Assembly (NCBI GenBank): GCA_963708045.1
Contig: OY970181.1
Location: 387,740 to 451,739, forward strand
Direction of reading: 5' to 3'
Source of the DNA: an uncultured bacterium
Lineage (GTDB): Bacteria > Patescibacteriota > Patescibacteriia > CAIQCM01
DNA length: 64,000 bases
Below, in pieces: positions 58,606 to 64,000 of the stretch. The translations under genes and the position numbers were made by a program. Under the pieces are notes generated by a model. It was not told where the DNA came from and did not search any database. It worked only from the letters and a program-made list of their open reading frames with translations. Positions within the stretch are counted from its first letter, which is position 1. Each line of letters opens with the position of its first letter.

Positions 58606-60375
58606 ATGGCCGAAGAACAAAGTTACAATCTAGAACGCTTAAACGACCGCGCCGCGGTGATTGTAAACGCGGCCGGCGAGAAATTTGTAACTTTTGGCGA
58701 CGGGAAAACGCTTCCCTTTGGCGTGTTTATGCGCGAGGAAGTTTTTAATCTGGTTTCGGTTTTTTTAGGCACGCCAAGTTCTAACGTCACTCTGCTTGAT
58801 TCGGCAAAATTGACCGGCCTCGTTGGCGCACTTCTCGCGCGGCAAAGCCGCGCGCACGGTTCGGTTGTTGATATTTTGGCCAAAGAATTTTTAAAACCCG
58901 ACGGCACGGTGAATCGCGAAAAAGCCGAAGCGCTTATTCACCGCGTGCTCATTCAGTTTGGCGACGATTCCGTGCAAGAGCTTGAATGCGCGACGGTGCT
59001 CTTTACTTCTATTTCCAATTTGGCGACTAAGAAAATTGAAGACCGCCGTCTTGGTAGCTACATTGAACAATCCAGTCGCTATGTTGTTTACACGGAGCGC
59101 GATCCGGTTTCGCGAGCTTGGCGCTATGCGCGCGAGCCGCGAATTATGGCGAGCGCTTTTGCAAAAGATTATGAAAGGACAATGGACGCGGCGTTTGACC
59201 TTTATGCGCGACTTTCGGAAATGCTTACAAGCTACTACGCGAGCATAAAACCACTTCAGGACGCCGAGTATGCGATCCGTCCGGACGAACCGCGCAAACT
59301 GCGCTGGCTGGAACTTCGGTCCGACGACGAGCGCAAAGAGTTTGAACGTGTTTACAAAACCGATCTTAAGACGCGTGCTTGCGACACGGCGCGCGTTGTT
59401 TTGCCAGCCGCGACCCTAACTAATATGGCAATGGTCGCAAACGGCCGCACCTATGAATATCTTTTAAAAGTTTTGTACTCGGCCGATATTCCCGAATTTT
59501 CTGACATTGCCGAACGCCTGCATAGTACGCTCAACCGGATAATTCCCCAGTATGTAAAGCGTGCCCTGCCAGCAGGTGATGAATTTTTGCGCGATTTGCG
59601 CGTGCGCGGACTACAGATTGCCGCGACTTATCCCGAGCTAAATAATGCCGACCCTAGCGAAGAGGTAAAGCTTATTGATTTGCCAAACTTGCTCGCCCCG
59701 GGGGAGGAAGCGCAAATTCATTTGCTCGCCGCCGCGCTCTATCCGCATTCGCGTGTCTCATACGGAAAAATCGTGGAGAGTATTAAAAACAGCCGCCGCA
59801 ATTACGTTGGGCTTATTGGACACCTTGCTGGTGGGCGAAAAAATCGCCGTGACCGTTCGCCGCGCGCTTTTGAACTTGGTTATCCCGTGAACGCCGAAGT
59901 GGTTTGCGACTTTGGCGCGTATCGCGATTTGCATCGCCACCGAATGCTCACTTTGGAGCGCCAAGCGCTGACGCCGTATCTTGGTTTCGCGATGCCAGAC
60001 GATATCATCGTAATCGGAATGGGAAACGAAGTTGCCGCGCTTGCCGAGGCCGTTTCCGCGCTTTATAAAAATATTGAAAAAGAAATTAATGCCGACGCCG
60101 CCGAATACTGCGTTCTCTTTGGCCACAAGTTACGCTTCCGCATTGGAATGAATTTGCGTGAGGCCCAGCATCTTTTGGAATTGCGCACCGTGGCGCAGGG
60201 ACATCCCAACTACCGTCGCGTCGCGCAAAAAATTTGCAAAGAAATTTTCGCCCGCGCCCCTTGGCTCGCCGAAACCGGGCTTTTAAAATTTGTTGATTGG
60301 AACGAATACAACTGGGCGCGCGCTGACGCTGAAGCCAAACAAAGCCAGAAGACGCTCGGGCTGGATGGGAAATAG
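58606..60375 (+). CDS. thyX: FAD-dependent thymidylate synthase ThyX-like, tandem (pseudo-dimeric) two-domain form
   Basis: The C-terminal half has LHRHRMLTLERQ (RHR motif) and FRIGMNLREAQHLLELRTVAQGHPNYRRVAQKI (ThyX C-terminal block). The N-terminal half has a degenerate copy (SVQELECATVLFTSISNLATKKIEDRRLGSYIEQSSRY). ATG at 58606; the track ORF starts at TTG 58594. Confidence 0.6.
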   Translation: MAEEQSYNLERLNDRAAVIVNAAGEKFVTFGDGKTLPFGVFMREEVFNLVSVFLGTPSSNVTLLDSAKLTGLVGALLARQSRAHGSVVDILAKEFLKPDGTVNREKAEALIHRVLIQFGDDSVQELECATVLFTSISNLATKKIEDRRLGSYIEQSSRYVVYTERDPVSRAWRYAREPRIMASAFAKDYERTMDAAFDLYARLSEMLTSYYASIKPLQDAEYAIRPDEPRKLRWLELRSDDERKEFERVYKTDLKTRACDTARVVLPAATLTNMAMVANGRTYEYLLKVLYSADIPEFSDIAERLHSTLNRIIPQYVKRALPAGDEFLRDLRVRGLQIAATYPELNNADPSEEVKLIDLPNLLAPGEEAQIHLLAAALYPHSRVSYGKIVESIKNSRRNYVGLIGHLAGGRKNRRDRSPRAFELGYPVNAEVVCDFGAYRDLHRHRMLTLERQALTPYLGFAMPDDIIVIGMGNEVAALAEAVSALYKNIEKEINADAAEYCVLFGHKLRFRIGMNLREAQHLLELRTVAQGHPNYRRVAQKICKEIFARAPWLAETGLLKFVDWNEYNWARADAEAKQSQKTLGLDGK

Positions 60376-60404
60376 TTGACGGATTTGCTTGTTTCTGTTA
60401 AGGT
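60376..60404 (+). promoter_or_regulatory. sigma70-like promoter for nusA (TTGACG-17-TAAGGT)
   Basis: -35 at 60376-60381 and -10 at 60399-60404. Confidence 0.4.
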
Positions 60405-60410
60405 AATTAA

Positions 60411-60442
60411 CTGGACATGTTTGAACAACATGTCCATTTTTG
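60411..60442 (+). terminator. leader intrinsic terminator/attenuator upstream of nusA
   Basis: ggacatgtt tgaac aacatgtcc plus ATTTTTG, between the promoter and the nusA start. Confidence 0.5.
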
Positions 60443-60452
60443 TACCAATACT

Positions 60453-60497
60453 AACCCCTAATTTCTAAAATCTAATTTCCAATCTCTAATCTCAATA
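60453..60497. repeat. ctaat word-repeat array immediately upstream of nusA start
   Basis: cccctaatttctaaaatctaatttccaatctctaatctcaat. Confidence 0.5.
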
Positions 60498-60500
60498 AAT

Positions 60501-61829
60501 ATGTCCAACCCTATTGTTCAAGCTATTAAGCAAATTTGCGACGAAAAGAAACTTTCTGCCGAAGCAGTTTTGGAAACCGTTGAGGCGGCACTTGCGGCTG
60601 CCTACCGAAAAGATTTTGGCGAAAAAAATCAGAACGTCAAAATTGTTTTTGATCCGGAAAGCGGCAATATGCGTGCCTTTGACGTAAAGACGATTGTTGC
60701 CGAAGAGCTTTACGAAAAATATGTTAAAGAAGAAGAAGATCGGAAAAAAGCTTCCGAAGAAGCAGTGGCACTTGGCATAAAGCCGGAAGACCGCAAAGAA
60801 GAAAAGCGCGCGGAACCGATTGCGCCAGCGCTTAATCCCGACGGCACGCCCATTCCTGAAGAGCCGGTTTATAATCCAAAACTTAATCTCGCGCTTTCAG
60901 AAGCGCGCGAAATAAAAAAAGACGCCGAAGTCGGCGAAGAGTTGCGTTTGGAATTGGAAATCCCTTCGGCTTTCGGCCGAATGGCGGCGATGACCGCCAA
61001 GCAAGTTATTACCCAGCGCCTGCGCGAAGCTGAACGGATCAATGTTTATAACGAAATGAAAAGCCAGGAAGGCGAACTTGTCGCTGGTGTGGTTCAACGC
61101 CGCGAGGGCCGTATGGTGCTCGTTGATCTTGGTCGGACAACCGGCGTTATGCCGCCTGAAGAACAAATTTCAACCGAGAACTACAACCCCGGCGATCGTG
61201 TTAAGGTTTTTGTCACCGCTGTTAATGTTACCCAGCGCGGTCCGCAGGTAATTGTTTCTCGCGCCTCCGAAGAAATTGTGCGCAAACTTTTTTCGTTGGA
61301 AATTCCCGAAGTTGCTTCGGGCGTTGTTTCCGTTCATGCCGTTGCTCGCGAAGCTGGTTCGCGCGCCAAGGTTGCCGTGAGTTCCAAAGAAGCGAATATT
61401 GATCCGATCGGTTCTTGTATTGGCCAGCGTGGTACGCGCATTCAAACGATTATTTCGGAATTGGGCGGCGAAAAAATTGACGTTATTCAATGGGAAGAAG
61501 ACGCGCAAAAATTTATCGCCATGGCGCTCGCGCCAGCCAAAGTAAGCAAAGTTGAATTGGACGCGGCCTCGGGAACGGCGAATGTCACGGTTGCGACCGA
61601 CCAGTTGTCGCTCGCCATCGGTCGCGGCGGACAAAACGTCCGCTTGGCCTCGCGCCTTTCCGGTTGGAAGATAAACATTATTGAAGAAAACAAAGCTCCG
61701 ACCGAAGACGAAACACCAGCGGAAGAATCCAAAGAAAAACCTGAAACCGAGGTCGAAAGAAAAGACCAAAGAAGAAGTAAACGACAAAGACGGCGAATAA
61801 AACCGTTCGGATTAGATATTAGAAATTAG
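60501..61829 (+). CDS. nusA: transcription termination/antitermination factor NusA (with basic C-terminal tail)
   Basis: NusA N-terminal domain, S1 domain (RVKVFVTAVNVTQRGPQVIVSRA), and two KH domains. C-terminal KDQRRSKRQRRRIK tail. Confidence 0.9.
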   Translation: MSNPIVQAIKQICDEKKLSAEAVLETVEAALAAAYRKDFGEKNQNVKIVFDPESGNMRAFDVKTIVAEELYEKYVKEEEDRKKASEEAVALGIKPEDRKEEKRAEPIAPALNPDGTPIPEEPVYNPKLNLALSEAREIKKDAEVGEELRLELEIPSAFGRMAAMTAKQVITQRLREAERINVYNEMKSQEGELVAGVVQRREGRMVLVDLGRTTGVMPPEEQISTENYNPGDRVKVFVTAVNVTQRGPQVIVSRASEEIVRKLFSLEIPEVASGVVSVHAVAREAGSRAKVAVSSKEANIDPIGSCIGQRGTRIQTIISELGGEKIDVIQWEEDAQKFIAMALAPAKVSKVELDAASGTANVTVATDQLSLAIGRGGQNVRLASRLSGWKINIIEENKAPTEDETPAEESKEKPETEVERKDQRRSKRQRRRIKPFGLDIRN

Positions 61830-61841
61830 ATATTAGATATT
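61806..61841. repeat. attag word-repeat array immediately upstream of yidC start (overlaps nusA 3' end)
   Basis: ggattagatattagaaattagatattagatattttt. Confidence 0.5.
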
Positions 61842-61844
61842 TTT

Positions 61845-62594
61845 ATGATGGATCTTTATACCACAATTCTTTTTCAGCCAATCTGGAACCTACTCGTCTG
61901 GCTTTATACGACCATTCCGGGTCGTGATTTTGGCATTGCTGTGATCGCACTCACGATTGTTATTCGCCTCATTCTTTGGCCGCTCCAGCAGTCGGCGCTC
62001 AAGTCGCAAAAGGCGATGCAGACACTTCAGCCAAAACTAAAAGAAGTTCAGGCAAAATACAAAGACGACAAAGTCGCGCAAAATAAAGCGATGATGGAAC
62101 TTTATGCAACGGAAAAAGTTTCGCCTTTTTCTTCGTGCTTGCCGCTCCTAATTCAGTTTCCGTTTTTAATCGCGCTCTACCAAACGCTTCAGAGCGGTCT
62201 CACTAAAGCCGATTTCGGTCTGCTTTATCCGTTTGTTTCTAATCCAGGATCAATTAATCAGATTGCTTTTGGTTTTCTTGACCTATCGCAAAAATCTATT
62301 CCGCTCGCCGTCCTTGCTGGTCTTGCGCAATTTTGGCAAACCAAAATGATGCCGATGAGCTCGCCAGCCGCAAATATGGGCGATGGTGCCAAAGACGAAC
62401 GCCAGCTCGTGCAGATGAATAAGATGATGCTTTATATGATGCCGGCGTTTACGGTTTTTCTTGGCGCAACGCTCCCCGGTGGTTTGACTCTTTATTGGCT
62501 TATAACAACGCTCATGTCCGTTCTCCAGCAATGGCTCTTCCTCCGTAATCACAAAAGGAAGATGGCGGCAGCGGCTACAACGCCGACGGTTTAA
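61845..62594 (+). CDS. yidC: membrane protein insertase YidC/Oxa1 (short form)
   Basis: Five TM core with the conserved RLILWPL and LLIQFPFLIALYQ regions. 249 aa. Confidence 0.85.
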   Translation: MMDLYTTILFQPIWNLLVWLYTTIPGRDFGIAVIALTIVIRLILWPLQQSALKSQKAMQTLQPKLKEVQAKYKDDKVAQNKAMMELYATEKVSPFSSCLPLLIQFPFLIALYQTLQSGLTKADFGLLYPFVSNPGSINQIAFGFLDLSQKSIPLAVLAGLAQFWQTKMMPMSSPAANMGDGAKDERQLVQMNKMMLYMMPAFTVFLGATLPGGLTLYWLITTLMSVLQQWLFLRNHKRKMAAAATTPTV

Positions 62595-62614
62595 AAGGCA
62601 CGAACATCCGCGTA

Positions 62615-63535
62615 ATGTGGGTGGAGGAAACAAGGAAACATATGCTTCTAGACGAAGCGGTGCTTAAAACAATTTCCTATTTTGACCTTTTTGATTATCC
62701 GCTTACTCGCGCCGAGATTTGGAAGTATTTAATCAGCGAAAAAATAAATTTATTCGAAACGGACACCGTTCTTACGACGCTCGTAAAAAGCGGGCGGCTT
62801 GAAGAAAAAAACGGTTTAATATTTTTTCCGGGGCGGGGAAGTATCGCTTTTAAGCGCGAATCACGTTATCGTCACGCGGCGCGCAAATGGCGCCGCGCTC
62901 ACCGTTGGGCGAATTTTTTTTCGGCCATCCCTGGCGTCGCGCTTGTTGGTATTGGCAACACGCTTTCGTATGGTAACGCCAAAGACAGTTCGGATATTGA
63001 TTTTTTTATCATTGTCCGTCGCGGCACGATTTGGCGAACAAGATTTTTTGCCGCCGGCATGGCCGCGCTTTTTCGTTTGCGCCCGACGCCAAAAACAGGG
63101 CGCGACAAGATTTGTCTCTCGTTTTTTGTTGACGAAGATAATTTAAATTTGCAAAAATTCGCTATCACCGCTTCTCCGGATATATATTTGGCTTTTTGGA
63201 TCGGTCAAATGATGCCGCTTTATGGCGACGTCCGTATTTACGAAAGATTTTTGTCGGAAAATGGTTGGGTTAAAGAAATTTTACCGAATATTTTTGGTTG
63301 TGGCGTGGTGAGCAAAAAAAATAATCTAAGCAAATATATTTTTTCTCCGTTAAATTTATTGCCAGGGAATTTTTTAAAGAAATTTCAAAGTCGTCATTTT
63401 CCCGCTGCTCTGCTTTTGGCGGAAAAAAAACGCGATGGCGCGGTTTGTATTTCCGACGAAGTATTAAAGTTTCACCTTAACGATCGCCGCGGCGAGATAT
63501 ACAATATGTGGAACAGGCGAATATCTAATACCTAA
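62615..63535 (+). CDS. nucleotidyltransferase-fold (Pol beta-like) domain protein
   Basis: Minimal NTase motif GIGNTLSYGNAKDSSDIDFFIIV. The C-terminal codons ISNT* lie within a ctaat word-repeat array. Confidence 0.5.
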   Translation: MWVEETRKHMLLDEAVLKTISYFDLFDYPLTRAEIWKYLISEKINLFETDTVLTTLVKSGRLEEKNGLIFFPGRGSIAFKRESRYRHAARKWRRAHRWANFFSAIPGVALVGIGNTLSYGNAKDSSDIDFFIIVRRGTIWRTRFFAAGMAALFRLRPTPKTGRDKICLSFFVDEDNLNLQKFAITASPDIYLAFWIGQMMPLYGDVRIYERFLSENGWVKEILPNIFGCGVVSKKNNLSKYIFSPLNLLPGNFLKKFQSRHFPAALLLAEKKRDGAVCISDEVLKFHLNDRRGEIYNMWNRRISNT

Positions 63536-63552
63536 TACCTAATATCTAATCC
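63516..63552. repeat. ctaat word-repeat array abutting MITE-like copy G
   Basis: atatctaatacctaatacctaatatctaatcc. Confidence 0.5.
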
Positions 63553-63555
63553 GTC

Positions 63556-63660
63556 CGCCGCCATTCCGAGCCTGGTTAGTTGCTTTGTCTTGACGAGGAA
63601 TCACGGAGCAATTAAGAGACGTTGAGTTCCCTCGTCGCTACCGCTTCTCGGGATGACGCC
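63556..63660 (+). repeat. MITE-like repeat copy G
   Basis: cgccgccattccgagcctggttagttgctttgtcttgacgaggaatcacggagc...gagacgttgagttccctcgtcgctaccgcttctcgggatgacgcc. Confidence 0.6.
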
Positions 63661-63669
63661 ATACACCCC

Positions 63670-63776
63670 GCCGTCGTTCCGAGTCTGTAAGGTCGGTTTG
63701 TCCAAGGCGAGGAATCACGGAGGTGAATTTGAGACGTTGAGTTCCCTCGTCGCTACCACTTCTCGGGATGACGGCG
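63670..63776 (+). repeat. MITE-like repeat copy H
   Basis: gccgtcgttccgagtctgtaaggtcggtttgtccaaggcgaggaatcacggagg...gagacgttgagttccctcgtcgctaccacttctcgggatgacggcg. Confidence 0.65.
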
Positions 63777-63812
63777 ATGGGTGGAGTTAATATCTAAATG
63801 ACGTCCTAAAAA

Positions 63813-64000
63813 ATGTATATAAAAATCATAAATCAAATTGATCGGTGGGGGACGATACTGCTCGTGTTTTTAATTCCTTGGCAGGCGCGGATTATTTTTC
63901 GCCAAGGATTTTTGGCAGGCGCGCCGCACGAGCCGCTCACGATCTCGCTTTACGCTTTTGAAGTCGGCGTTTTTGCGATTTTTCTTGTTCGCCTTTTTGT
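63813..64000 (+). CDS. hypothetical membrane protein, 3'-partial at window edge
   Basis: ATG at 63813. Translation MYIKIINQIDRWGTILLVFLIPWQARIIF...LYAFEVGVFAIFLVRLF is hydrophobic. The frame is open to the end of the window. Confidence 0.3.
   Translation, partial: MYIKIINQIDRWGTILLVFLIPWQARIIFRQGFLAGAPHEPLTISLYAFEVGVFAIFLVRLF

Overview
The window looks like a reduced, moderate-GC bacterial genome. Many features suggest a CPR/Patescibacteria-like organism: few Shine-Dalgarno sites, and five type IV pilin-like genes, two of them fused to LamG lectin domains. This placement is inference only, since no 16S gene is in the window.

Housekeeping content:
- Aminoacyl-tRNA synthetases: trpS, valS, tyrS, and a frameshifted argS.
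- DNA/RNA functions: uvrA, RNase J, nusA, a CCA-adding enzyme, rplS, secG, yidC, tmk, a tandem ThyX-like gene, nrnA, and an RluD-like pseudouridine synthase.
- Non-coding genes: five tRNAs (one with anticodon UAU) and an RNase P RNA (rnpB), which the ORF track mis-covers with a spurious ORF.

Accessory and unusual content:
1. An ~11 kb defence island lies between tRNA-Leu(GAG) and tRNA-Val(TAC). It is a tightly packed Type I R-M operon: half hsdS, hsdM, an embedded OLD/Gabija-like ABC-ATPase + TOPRIM nuclease, full hsdS, a Bro-N/DinD-like gene with an in-frame TGA, hsdR, and a DUF45/M48 peptidase. A TerC-family membrane protein (53618..54547) lies downstream of the operon, between the peptidase and tRNA-Val.
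2. A DsbA-like oxidoreductase with a CPFS (CxxS) active site overlaps the start of a 531-aa secreted Cys-rich protein that has a VirB2-like hydrophobic hairpin.
3. A CHASE2-sensor class III adenylate cyclase.
4. A ~105 bp MITE-like repeat family (GTCATTCCGAG...CTCGGGATGAC) with at least 8 copies, including a tandem array beside tRNA genes.
5. A striking class of intergenic long imperfect palindromes built from short tandem words (ccctaaa, cttttaa, catggt/ccatga, ctaat/attag). Some sit directly upstream of start codons.
6. A 45-60 bp direct duplication of the rnj 3' end flanking two pilin genes.
7. Three disrupted genes within ~10 kb: argS frameshift, PHP in-frame TGA, Bro-N in-frame TGA.

TGA is clearly a stop codon in this genome: it is rare but used, and in one case is followed by an intrinsic terminator. 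The interrupted genes are therefore not explained by codon reassignment.
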